Source: a virus (lineage: Duplodnaviria > Caudoviricetes). From it: a DNA stretch of 56,623 nucleotides. Within the stretch, counting starts at the first letter, position 1. Each line of letters begins with the position of its first letter. A program made the position numbers and the translations under genes. This document shows positions 37,187 to 45,700 of the stretch, piece by piece. Below the pieces are notes generated by a model. The model worked only from the letters and a program-made list of their open reading frames with translations. It ran no database searches and was not told the DNA's origin. The stretch spans positions 1 through 56,623 of the IMG/VR virus record IMGVR_UViG_3300036851_000701; one strand, given 5' to 3'.

Positions 37187-37440
37187 ACCAGCGGGCATAC
37201 TGCGGCCAGAACCACCCGGGCGGCGACGCTCAGGCCGAGCAGTGGTGCCGGATGTACCACCGGCCGGCGGTCCCGCAGCGGCCGATCGACTGGGCAGTGG
37301 TGGCCCGGCTCAAGGCCGAGGCCGAGCGTGTCGGCGACGGCGAGCTGCTGCAGATCATCGACCTGGCCGCCGACGACCTGATGGCCGAGGCGGCGCTGAG
37401 GCAGATCCTGGTCGACGCCGAAACGGATGGGCCGTTCTGA
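37183..37440 (+). CDS. Hypothetical protein
   Basis: ATGA-coupled start. Confidence 0.65.
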   Translation: MNQRAYCGQNHPGGDAQAEQWCRMYHRPAVPQRPIDWAVVARLKAEAERVGDGELLQIIDLAADDLMAEAALRQILVDAETDGPF

Positions 37441-37715
37441 TGGCCGGCTACGTGAACGAGCACGAGGCGGCGTCGCGCACGATGAAGGTCCTCAAGCTGG
37501 TTGCGGCGATCGACGCCGAGATCGGCCGGCACGACCCTCGCGACGTGTCGACGGTGGTGTCGCGGCTGACCGAGCGGCAGTGGGTCGCTTTGGCGCGCGG
37601 GGCGGGGGTTCGTGCGCCGGGCCCGGAGACGCGCCGGCTGGTGGCGCTGCACTTCCTCAAGGCGGCCGAGGCCGTCGAGCATCCGAGCGACCCGTTCGAC
37701 GGGCTGCCGTCATGA
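37440..37715 (+). CDS. Hypothetical protein
   Basis: TGATG coupling; R..K...L...W..LA..AG.R.P..ET pattern. Confidence 0.65.
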   Translation: MAGYVNEHEAASRTMKVLKLVAAIDAEIGRHDPRDVSTVVSRLTERQWVALARGAGVRAPGPETRRLVALHFLKAAEAVEHPSDPFDGLPS

Positions 37716-37924
37716 GGGTGCTGTTCGGCGAGATCGACGTCGATGGCTGGCAGCCGGTGTACGCCGGCGGCGTGCTGCTCGGCTGGCTGCACTACTGCCG
37801 GGCGCTCTGCTGGTCGGGGGAGGCGTGGGTGGTGCGGCCGAGCGGCGGCGGGTCGTCGTCGCTGCACCGGTCGCGGACGGACGCCGTCGAGCACCTGCTG
37901 GACCTGACGGGGGCGCTGCAGTGA
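37712..37924 (+). CDS. Hypothetical protein
   Basis: ATGA-coupled start. Confidence 0.6.
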   Translation: MRVLFGEIDVDGWQPVYAGGVLLGWLHYCRALCWSGEAWVVRPSGGGSSSLHRSRTDAVEHLLDLTGALQ

Positions 37925-38100
37925 GCGCCCCGTGTGTCGAGGTCGAGGACGACGGCGTCCGCGACGTGCAGCACTGCTGGGAGTCGACCGGGCTCGACGT
38001 CATCGTCGGCGTGCTGTGCACGACGCGCCGGTGCGTCTGGTGCGGGCTAGAGCAGCTGAGCCCGTACGGCGGCCGCGGCTCGTGGAGGGATCGACGGTGA
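37921..38100 (+). CDS. Small Cys/His protein
   Basis: HCW...RRCVWCG; coupled at both ends. Confidence 0.55.
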   Translation: MSAPCVEVEDDGVRDVQHCWESTGLDVIVGVLCTTRRCVWCGLEQLSPYGGRGSWRDRR

Positions 38101-39578
38101 TCGACTTCACCCCCACCGAGGAGCAGCAGCACTGCGTCGATCTGTTCCGGAGCGGCGAGTCGGTGGCGGTGCAGGCCGGCGCCGGCGCCGCGAAGACGTC
38201 GACGCTGGAGCTGATGTCGCGGTCGACGCAGCGGCACGGCCGCTACCTGGTGTTCAACCGGGCGGCGGCGAACGACGCGGCCCGCCGGTTCCCGATGTCG
38301 GTCGAAAGCTCGACGGTGCACAGCCTGGCGTTCCGGCAGGTGGGCCGCCGCTACGCCCACCGGCTGAACGGCGGCCGCGTCCAGTCGTGGGAGCTGGCGA
38401 GGCTGATGGGCGTCGACCCGTTCCTGGTGACGGTGGGCGGCCGCAACAAGATGGTGCAGCCGGCGACGCTCGCGTCGTGGACGATCCGGGCGCTCAAGGT
38501 GTTCTGCCAGTCAGCGGACGACGAGCCGCACGCCGGACACTTCCCGTACCTGGAGGGGGTCGACGACCACCCGGAGCCGGGCGTGAAGGGCCGCCGCAAC
38601 AACCGGGGGCTGGCACGGGAGATGGAGCCGCACCTGCGGGCGGCGTGGGCCGACTGGTGCGACGTCGACGGCCGCCTGCCGTATGACCATGCCGCCTACC
38701 TGAAGCTCTACAGCCTGGGCGACTGCGTCGTGCCGTGCGACTTCCTGATGCTCGACGAGTTCCAGGACCAGAGCCCGGTGATGCTGCGGCTCGCCGAGCG
38801 CAACCAGACGGCCGGCCGGCAGCTCGTGGCGGTCGGCGACGAGAACCAGTCGGTCTACGGGTTCACCGGCGCGGTCAACGGGTTCGAGCGGCTGCCGTTC
38901 GCGTGCGAGGGCTGGCTGACCCAGAGCTTCCGGTTCGGGCCGGCGATCGCCGACGTGGCGAACCGGCTGCTCGCCGAGCTGGACACGAAGCTGAGGCTGC
39001 GCGGCATCGAGTCGATCCCGTCGCGGGTGGCCGACGCGACGGCACCGCGAGCCGTGCTGTGCCGCACGAACTCGGGGGCCGTCGAACGTGTGTTGCAGGA
39101 GCAGCAGGACGGCCGCCGCGCCCATCTGGTGGGCGGCGCGGCCGAGGTGGTGCGCTTCGCGAAGGCGGTCGCCGACCTGCAGGACGGCCGCCGCACCTAT
39201 CACCCGGAGCTGGCCTGCTTCGAGAGCTGGTCGCAAGTCATCGAATATGTCGAACAGGACCCGCAGGGCGACGAGCTGCGGCTGATGGTCAAGCTGGTGC
39301 AGGAGTACGGGGTGCAGATCATCGTCGACGCCCTTGACGGGCTGCCGGCGGAGGAGTCGGCCGACGTGATCGTGTCGACGGCGCACGTCAGCAAGGGGCG
39401 GGAGTGGGAGTCGGTGCGGCTGCATTCAGACTTCGCGGAGCCGGAGCCGGGCGGCGACGCCGCCGAGTGGCGGCTGGCGTACGTGGCGGCGACGAGGGCG
39501 AGGCTGCTGCTCGACGTCGGGGCGTGCGCCCCGCTGCGGCTCGTCGGCGTCGCCAACAGGGCGGCGGTGCCGTCGTGA
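38097..39578 (+). CDS. UvrD/Rep-like superfamily 1 helicase
   Basis: PT.EQ, AGAGAAKT, DEFQD, VGD.NQ.VY.F.GA, LTQSFRFG, ST.H.SKG.EW and YVA.TRA motifs. Confidence 0.92.
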   Translation: MIDFTPTEEQQHCVDLFRSGESVAVQAGAGAAKTSTLELMSRSTQRHGRYLVFNRAAANDAARRFPMSVESSTVHSLAFRQVGRRYAHRLNGGRVQSWELARLMGVDPFLVTVGGRNKMVQPATLASWTIRALKVFCQSADDEPHAGHFPYLEGVDDHPEPGVKGRRNNRGLAREMEPHLRAAWADWCDVDGRLPYDHAAYLKLYSLGDCVVPCDFLMLDEFQDQSPVMLRLAERNQTAGRQLVAVGDENQSVYGFTGAVNGFERLPFACEGWLTQSFRFGPAIADVANRLLAELDTKLRLRGIESIPSRVADATAPRAVLCRTNSGAVERVLQEQQDGRRAHLVGGAAEVVRFAKAVADLQDGRRTYHPELACFESWSQVIEYVEQDPQGDELRLMVKLVQEYGVQIIVDALDGLPAEESADVIVSTAHVSKGREWESVRLHSDFAEPEPGGDAAEWRLAYVAATRARLLLDVGACAPLRLVGVANRAAVPS

Positions 39579-39835
39579 GCCTGACCGAGCTGCAGGCCGT
39601 AGCGCTGGTGGCGGTGCTGGACCACTACCAGCGCTACGGCTGGCCATCGGACTACCGGGCGCTGCACGCCGCGACTGGGCGCAGCCAGTACGGGATGCAG
39701 CGCACTATGGCTTCGCTGGTGAAGCGGGATCTTGTTCGCAAGTTGACGTTCGGCGGCAGGGTGGAGTTCGCGCCGACGGAGCGGGCGCGGCGGCTGCTCG
39801 GCGAGCCGGTCGACGGCGGGCCGGTACCGTCGTGA
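39575..39835 (+). CDS. LexA-N-like winged-helix DNA-binding protein
   Basis: LT..Q...L..........G.P.....L....G........L..L.K pattern; no peptidase domain. Confidence 0.65.
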   Translation: MSLTELQAVALVAVLDHYQRYGWPSDYRALHAATGRSQYGMQRTMASLVKRDLVRKLTFGGRVEFAPTERARRLLGEPVDGGPVPS

Positions 39836-40554
39836 CGGTGGACGCCCCGCGGCAGCCTCGCTGGATCGAGTACTTGCCGCTCGACGAGCTGCGGCCGCAC
39901 CCAGACAACCCGAAGGAGCACAGCCTCGACGACCTGCGGGCGTCGTTCGACCGGTTCGACTTCACGGAGCCGCATCTCGTCGACGAGCGCACCGGGCTGC
40001 TCATCTCCGGGCACGGCCGCCGCGAGGTGCTGCTGCTGCTCCGCGACGAGGGTCAGCCGCCGCCGGACGGGGTGCTCGCGGTCGGAGACACGTGGGAGGT
40101 GCCGGTCGTGCGCGGCTGGTCGTCCCGTGACGATGACGAGGCCCGCGCCTACCTGGTGGCGGCCAACCAGCTGACGACGGCCGGCGGCTTCGACGACCCG
40201 CGCCTGTCGGCGCTGCTCAACGATCTGGCGGCCGGGCCGGGCCTGCTCGGCACGGGCTTCCACCGCGAGCAGGTCGAGGCGCTCGACCGGCTGGTGAGGG
40301 CGATCGACTGGGAGACCGGGCAGGGAACGAACCCGTACGACGAGTGGCGGGGCGTCCCGGAGTACGAGATGGTCGACACCCGCGCCTACCGGATCGTCAA
40401 GGTCCTGTTCGGCGACGCCGACGCGGTCGCCGCGTTCGAGGCCGCCACCGGCATGAAGCTGCCGGACCAGCGGGTGTCGCAGTCGTGGTTCCCGCCGCGC
40501 GCCCGCCGCGATCTGTCGAACGTGCAGTGGGAACCCACCGCGGACGGCGGCTGA
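39832..40554 (+). CDS. ParB/Srx-like N-terminal domain fused to a small glycosyltransferase-associated domain
   Basis: L.PHP.NP..H, S..RF.F..P, I.GHGR motifs; C-terminal EW.G.PEY...V.F..........F.....SWFP. Confidence 0.85.
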   Translation: MTVDAPRQPRWIEYLPLDELRPHPDNPKEHSLDDLRASFDRFDFTEPHLVDERTGLLISGHGRREVLLLLRDEGQPPPDGVLAVGDTWEVPVVRGWSSRDDDEARAYLVAANQLTTAGGFDDPRLSALLNDLAAGPGLLGTGFHREQVEALDRLVRAIDWETGQGTNPYDEWRGVPEYEMVDTRAYRIVKVLFGDADAVAAFEAATGMKLPDQRVSQSWFPPRARRDLSNVQWEPTADGG

Positions 40555-40556
40555 CG

Positions 40557-41426
40557 GTGCAGCCCCGCTACCCGATCTACGTCCCGTCGAAGGGCCGCTG
40601 GCAGCGGCGGCCGACGATCCGGCGGCTGGAGGAGATGGGCGTGCCGTTCACGGTGGTGGTCGAGCAGCAGGAGCGCGAAGCGTACGCCGCCGTCGTGAGG
40701 GGCGGCGACGTCGTCGCGCTCGACCCCGGCTACCAGCACGAGTACGACCCGTGCGTCGAGCTGCGACCGGGACAGTCGAAGGGCTCCGGCCCGGCCCGCA
40801 ACTTCATCTGGGACCACGCCGTCGCCGCCGGCGCCGAGCGGCACTGGGTGCTGGACGACAACATCACGGCGTTCTACCGGCGGCATGCCGGCGAGCGGTT
40901 CCCGGTGCGCGACGGCGTGTTCTTCCGGATCATGGAGGACTTCGTCGACCGCTACGAGAATGTGGCGCTCGCCGCCCCGCAGTACTCGACGTTCGACCGC
41001 GGCAACCCGCTCGGCCCGTTCGTGATGAACAGCCGCGTCTACTCGTGCATCCTCGTCAGGAACGACCTGCCGCTCCGGTGGCGGGGCCGCTACAACGAGG
41101 ACACCGACCTGTCGCTGCGGGCGCTCAAAGCAGGCTGGTGCACCGTGCTGTTCTACGCGCTGCAGGCGAACAAGACGGCGACGCAGCAGATGGCCGGCGG
41201 GAATACCGACGAGATCTACGCCGACGGCACCACCGCGAAGTCGCTGATGCTGCTGCGCCTGCACCCCGACGTCGTCAAGCCGTCATACCGCTGGGGGCGC
41301 GAGCACCATTACGTCGACTACAGACGATTTCGGCAGCGGCTCGTGCGCCGCCCGGACGTGCAGGTGCCGGATGGCGACCCGTACGGGCTGCGGCTCGTCG
41401 ACCGCTCGACGGAAGGTTCCACGTGA
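40557..41426 (+). CDS. GREB1/TAGT-like (TET-associated-type) DNA glycosyltransferase
   Basis: YPIYVPSKGR, G.ARN..W, HW.LDDNI, YSC.L, WRGRYNEDTDLSLR.L..G.CT and K..T....GGN motifs. Confidence 0.8.
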   Translation: MQPRYPIYVPSKGRWQRRPTIRRLEEMGVPFTVVVEQQEREAYAAVVRGGDVVALDPGYQHEYDPCVELRPGQSKGSGPARNFIWDHAVAAGAERHWVLDDNITAFYRRHAGERFPVRDGVFFRIMEDFVDRYENVALAAPQYSTFDRGNPLGPFVMNSRVYSCILVRNDLPLRWRGRYNEDTDLSLRALKAGWCTVLFYALQANKTATQQMAGGNTDEIYADGTTAKSLMLLRLHPDVVKPSYRWGREHHYVDYRRFRQRLVRRPDVQVPDGDPYGLRLVDRSTEGST

Positions 41427-41430
41427 AACC
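41415..41430. promoter_or_regulatory. parS-like palindrome GGTTCCACGTGAAACC
   Basis: Matches the chromosomal parS core GTTnCACGTGAAAC (14/14) with self-complementary flanks. Confidence 0.7.
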
Positions 41431-41947
41431 TTTGGTGGTCGGGCTCGCCCCGACCCGCGACGACGGCACGGCGCCGTTCGCCGGCCCCGGCTCCGGCACC
41501 CGGCTGGCGCGGCTGCTCGGCCGCGAGTCGTGGCGCGACGTCCCCGACGTCGCCGACGTCGTGAACCTGTCGCCCGTTCCGGTCGCCGGCCGGCTGCCTG
41601 CCGCGGAGGGCCGCCTCCTCGCCACCAGGCTCGACGTGCACGGCCGGGTCGTCGTGGCGTGCGGCCGCACTGTTGCCGCCGCCCTAGGCGTCGTGGAGGC
41701 CGTCTCGTGGGGCACCGCGGTCGTCGCCGGCGGGGCGCTCGTCCTGGTGATCCCGCACCCGTCGGGCCGGGCGCGGCCGTACAATGACCCGATCCTGGCA
41801 CGGCACGTGCAACTCGCGCTCGTCGCCGCCCGGCTGATGGCGCTGGTCGGCCCGCCGTATGGCGAGTGGACCGAGGCGGACGCCCGAGCGGTGACTGGCT
41901 TCCCGGCCGCCATGCGTGACTCCTACCGACATTTGCTATCGGTGTAG
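41423..41947 (+). CDS. Uracil-DNA glycosylase superfamily protein
   Basis: VG.AP......PF.G..SG.RL..L, N, VV..G..A..L and PHPSG...YN motifs. Confidence 0.8.
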   Translation: MKPLVVGLAPTRDDGTAPFAGPGSGTRLARLLGRESWRDVPDVADVVNLSPVPVAGRLPAAEGRLLATRLDVHGRVVVACGRTVAAALGVVEAVSWGTAVVAGGALVLVIPHPSGRARPYNDPILARHVQLALVAARLMALVGPPYGEWTEADARAVTGFPAAMRDSYRHLLSV

Positions 41948-42015
41948 CGATATGTGGTACGGTGGTTCTCGTCCCGCCCGAACGGTTCGGGCGGACCTAC
42001 CCCAACAGAAGGAGT
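41933..42015 (+). promoter_or_regulatory. Promoter with operator dyad (site 4), extended -10 and CTACCCC leader
   Basis: TTGCTA-19 nt-TACGGT, dyad GCTAtcggtgTAGC, then CTACCCC...AAGGAG. Confidence 0.75.
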
Positions 42016-42019
42016 TCAG

Positions 42020-43231
42020 ATGGAACTTACGACACGAAACGCGACGCTCGACGACCTGGTCGGGCTGCTGCAGGACCAGCACGCACGGAAGCTCGACATG
42101 GTCGTCCCGGCGTCGGCGGTGCACGCCGAGTGGGGTCACCTGCGCGTCGAGGGCGCCGACCCGGTGATCGACGGCGACGGCGTCACGCTCGCCGACGGCT
42201 GCTACCTGCCGACCGAGGTGTGCGACGAGCACATCGCCGACAAGCTGGGGATCCCGCTGCCGTACCTGCGGCGCATGCGGGCCGAGCGCGTCGACCTGTG
42301 GGACGGCAACGTCGACGGCTGGCTGCAGGGCTTCCGCGTCAGCCGCCACGCCGCTGCCGTGTCGGCCGACATCGCCGCAGACTCGCGGTCGTTCCTGCTG
42401 CGCACGTTCCAGTCCGATACCGGGGTCGGCGTCGCACGGGCGATGCTGTCGGATCGGTTCGGGATCATCGACAACCTCGACGTGCTCACTGCCGCCCTGG
42501 AGGGCGTGCGCGACGCCGGCGTCGACGTCGTGTTTGACGGCTGCGACCTGACCGAGCGCCGCATGCAGGTGCGGATCGTCGCCCCCGCGGTGCAGGCGCT
42601 GGCGCCGCGGCTGCTCGCCGGCTACCGGTCGCCGAACTCCGGCTGGACGCTCGACCGGGTCCGCGAGGTAGCGGCCGCCGAGGGTCAGGGGTTCGTCGGC
42701 GGCGAGCCGATCGTGTTCGCCGGGTTCGTGATCTCGAACAGCGAGACCGGCGGCGGGGCGTTCTCGATCGTGCCGCGCTGCGTCGTGCAGGTGTGCAAGA
42801 ACGGCCTGACGTTCACGATGGACGCCCTGCGCCAGGTGCACCTGGGCGGCAAGCTCGACGAGGGCGTCGTGCGCTGGTCGAACGAGACGGCGCAGAGGTC
42901 GCTGGAGCTGGTCGCCTCCAAGGCGAAGGACGCGGTATCGACGTTCCTGGACGTCGAGTACGTGCAGCGCAAGCTCGACGAGATCGAGGCGCGAGCCGAC
43001 CGCGAGGTGGCCGAGCCGCAGCGCACGATCGAGACGATCGGCAAGCGGCTGCGCTTCTCGCAGGAGCGCATCGAGTCGGTGTTCGGCCACTTCATCCGGG
43101 GCGGGCAGCTGACGGCCGGCGGGGTGCTCAACGCGGTGACGGCGGCGGCGCAGGATGTCGCCGACCCGGACGCGGCGTTCGAGCTGGAGGCTGCCGCCAT
43201 GTCGGCGTTCGAGCTGGCGGTCGCGGTCTGA
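42020..43231 (+). CDS. DUF932-like protein (403 aa)
   Basis: RA.LSDR...IDN, G..ISNSE.G.G and QVC.NG motifs; AAGGAG RBS before the ATG at 42020. Confidence 0.8.
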   Translation: MELTTRNATLDDLVGLLQDQHARKLDMVVPASAVHAEWGHLRVEGADPVIDGDGVTLADGCYLPTEVCDEHIADKLGIPLPYLRRMRAERVDLWDGNVDGWLQGFRVSRHAAAVSADIAADSRSFLLRTFQSDTGVGVARAMLSDRFGIIDNLDVLTAALEGVRDAGVDVVFDGCDLTERRMQVRIVAPAVQALAPRLLAGYRSPNSGWTLDRVREVAAAEGQGFVGGEPIVFAGFVISNSETGGGAFSIVPRCVVQVCKNGLTFTMDALRQVHLGGKLDEGVVRWSNETAQRSLELVASKAKDAVSTFLDVEYVQRKLDEIEARADREVAEPQRTIETIGKRLRFSQERIESVFGHFIRGGQLTAGGVLNAVTAAAQDVADPDAAFELEAAAMSAFELAVAV

Positions 43232-43704
43232 TGGCCGCCGTACAGGTCACGGGGGGCGCTTCGGCGCCCCTCCGCGACGCCGTCGAGGGGACCGTGCCCC
43301 GCACCGCGGTCCCCCGACGGTGGCCCACATCGGTAGTAGCGGCGCGAACCGGCGTGTCGGAGATGACGCTGCTGCGCTGGCGTAGCCGCGACGGGCTCGG
43401 CCCCGACATCGGCGGCCCTGGCTACCGGGTGCTGTACACGTGGCGGGAGATGCTGGTGGCCGCCTGCTGGGCGGAAACCGGTATCAGTGTGGGCCGCCAC
43501 CAGGAGCGGCTGATGGTCGTGCGCGGCAAGGTCCGCGACGCGATCCTCGACGCCGACGAGCTGCTCCCCTATCTGGTGGTGCACCCTGACCACCCAGCCG
43601 ACTGGCTGAGGTACCCGAAGCACGTCGTCATGTTCACGACTCTGGACGCCTCCGCCTGGTGGATGTTCCCGATATTCGCGATCGCCGAGAGGATCGGACG
43701 GTGA
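43231..43704 (+). CDS. MerR/BldC-like HTH protein
   Basis: VA...GVS..TL..W...G..P...GPG....Y pattern. Confidence 0.6.
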   Translation: MAAVQVTGGASAPLRDAVEGTVPRTAVPRRWPTSVVAARTGVSEMTLLRWRSRDGLGPDIGGPGYRVLYTWREMLVAACWAETGISVGRHQERLMVVRGKVRDAILDADELLPYLVVHPDHPADWLRYPKHVVMFTTLDASAWWMFPIFAIAERIGR

Positions 43705-44318
43705 ACCGCCTGCGCGACTTCACCGCGGGTCTGGCGCTCGGGCTGGCGCTGGCGCTGCTCGCCCCGGTCGACGCCCAGGAATCCGGCGTGGTGCCGGCCC
43801 GGCCGGCGACGACGGCGAACGGGACGGTGGCCCAGGCGGTGCTGTTCGGCGACAGCCTGGCGGTGGCGGCGGCGCCGCACTGGTGGCACCAGTTCGCGCC
43901 GGTGACGACGACGACGTGGTCGGCGCAGCGCGGCTGGAGTCTGGCGTCGTGGGAGCCGCAGATCACGCCGCTGCTGGCCGCCCAAGGTACGGCGCCGGTG
44001 GTCCTGGCGCTGGGCACGAACGACGCCTACGCGGCCGGGCAGCTGCCGGTGTGGCGGCGGGTGCTCGACCGGCTGCTGCTGACCCGCCGCTGCGTGGTCG
44101 TGCCGGACCTGGCCCGCCCGGACGCCGTCCGGCAGGCGTGGTGGGCGCAGCTGGAGCCGGTGCTGCGCTCCTACCCGAACGTGCGGGTCGCCGCCTGGTG
44201 GGAGACGGCGCGGCTGCACCCGGAGTTCTACGGCCCGGACGGCGTGCACCACACGGCGGTCGGTGACGTCGCCTACTCGTGGTCGCTGTGGCTGGGCGTG
44301 CAGGGATGCCTCCGATGA
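43701..44318 (+). CDS. Exported SGNH/GDSL hydrolase
   Basis: Signal-peptide-like N-terminus; FGDSL, LGTND and DGVH motifs. Confidence 0.85.
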   Translation: MNRLRDFTAGLALGLALALLAPVDAQESGVVPARPATTANGTVAQAVLFGDSLAVAAAPHWWHQFAPVTTTTWSAQRGWSLASWEPQITPLLAAQGTAPVVLALGTNDAYAAGQLPVWRRVLDRLLLTRRCVVVPDLARPDAVRQAWWAQLEPVLRSYPNVRVAAWWETARLHPEFYGPDGVHHTAVGDVAYSWSLWLGVQGCLR

Positions 44319-44824
44319 GGGCCATTGAGATCGTGCCGGGCGTCGAGGTCGACGTTGAGCATCGTCGCCTCTGGCTCGCCGGTCAGGAGATGGCGGTCGG
44401 CCACCTGCTGCGGTCGCCGTACTCGCCCGGCAGCCCACACCGCCGCGACGGGCTCGACCCGCACACGGTCGACATCCTGACCCGGTTCGTGCCCCGCTAC
44501 GACCTCGACAAGCCGCGGCAGGCAATGCCGGAGTCGATCCACTGCACGCTGCTGTGCGGCGAGAACGGCTGGTGGGTCGAGCTGTCGATCTACCCTGGTG
44601 GGCACGGCTTCTGGCAGGGCCTCAACGTCGAGGAGGCCGACGCCGAGATCCACGAGCCGTTCGACGTCACTGCCGGAGAGGCGTTCGGCATCTGGCGCCG
44701 AAACTGCGTCCGCCGCGACCCGCCGCCGCGCTGGCAGGACGAGGAATGGGCGCCGGGGCCGTTCGCAGGGTTGGAGCCTGGAACCTGGCTGTGGACCGAC
44801 GACCCCGAGGAGTGTGCGTCGTGA
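44315..44824 (+). CDS. Hypothetical protein
   Basis: ATGA-coupled start. Confidence 0.6.
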   Translation: MRAIEIVPGVEVDVEHRRLWLAGQEMAVGHLLRSPYSPGSPHRRDGLDPHTVDILTRFVPRYDLDKPRQAMPESIHCTLLCGENGWWVELSIYPGGHGFWQGLNVEEADAEIHEPFDVTAGEAFGIWRRNCVRRDPPPRWQDEEWAPGPFAGLEPGTWLWTDDPEECAS

Positions 44825-45303
44825 CGTGGGTCGCACGCTCGGGCGACGACCGCCGGCGGGGGCCGCGTCGAGCAGAGGACGCCCTGGAGCACTACTCGGT
44901 GCAGGCGATCGTCGCGTCGGCGTGCGGCTACGTCGACGACCTCGACGACCGCGGCCAGCACGCGATCGAGCACCTGGACCGGGTGATCGCCGCGGTCCGG
45001 GCCTACAAGGCGGCGGTGCGGCTCGCCGAGACGGCACGCAGCGCCCGCCGGGAGGCCGCCGACACGGTGACGGTGAGCCTGGGCGGGGTCACGCCGGACG
45101 ACCGCCGGCACCTGCGCTGCTCGGCCGGCGGCGACAGTCCCGACGGATCCGGCTGCAAGGAGCCGGTGACGACGAAGATGCACGTCGACGGCGAGGCGAT
45201 CTGGTACGGCTGGGCGTCGTGCGACCTGCGCGACCACCAGGTCGACGTGTACCGACGGGCGGAGGCCGACGCGCGCCGCCGGCGAAGGGAGGCGGCGCGG
45301 TGA
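44821..45303 (+). CDS. Hypothetical protein
   Basis: GTGA-coupled start. Confidence 0.55.
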   Translation: MTWVARSGDDRRRGPRRAEDALEHYSVQAIVASACGYVDDLDDRGQHAIEHLDRVIAAVRAYKAAVRLAETARSARREAADTVTVSLGGVTPDDRRHLRCSAGGDSPDGSGCKEPVTTKMHVDGEAIWYGWASCDLRDHQVDVYRRAEADARRRRREAAR

Positions 45304-45563
45304 GCCGATCCGTTGGCCGCGTCGTCGCGGCGCTCGCGGGCGGCGTGCTGGCGACGCTGCTGCTCGTCTGGCTCGCCGACGTGCAGGGCTGGTGGCGGCT
45401 GCTCGCCGGCTGCCTGGTCGCCTACCTCGGGCTGTGCTGGCTCGTCGCCGACGCCGAACAGGACGACGATTGGGTGCGGTGCGTGCCGCCGCCGTGCGAC
45501 GAACCGAAGCAGGTCCACGTCGAGTACTACCTGTACGTCGACGACCCGGAAGGAGAACCGTGA
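45300..45563 (+). CDS. Small two-TM membrane protein
   Basis: Two hydrophobic helices; ggagg RBS. Confidence 0.6.
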   Translation: MSRSVGRVVAALAGGVLATLLLVWLADVQGWWRLLAGCLVAYLGLCWLVADAEQDDDWVRCVPPPCDEPKQVHVEYYLYVDDPEGEP

Positions 45564-45700
45564 CGATCCCCGAGCACGAGCACGTCCCGGCGTGCGACCT
45601 ACGCCTCTGCAACGTATGCAGCAAGTGCGGTCGGGTCCACCACGGTGGCGGCAAGGAATGTATTGGTTGCTGGACCTACGACCTGGAGGAGGAGCGGTGA
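45560..45700 (+). CDS. Small Cys-rich protein
   Basis: aaggag RBS; multiple C..C motifs. Confidence 0.55.
   Translation: MTIPEHEHVPACDLRLCNVCSKCGRVHHGGGKECIGCWTYDLEEER

Noticed and set aside
39575-39835. LexA-like gene as a CI-type immunity repressor
   Set aside because: It has no peptidase domain, sits mid-operon, and has no divergent switch or integrase nearby.
39832-40554. ParB-like gene as a phage ParABS partition system
   Set aside because: There is no ParA and no obvious HTH. The domain is the type associated with DNA-modification enzymes.
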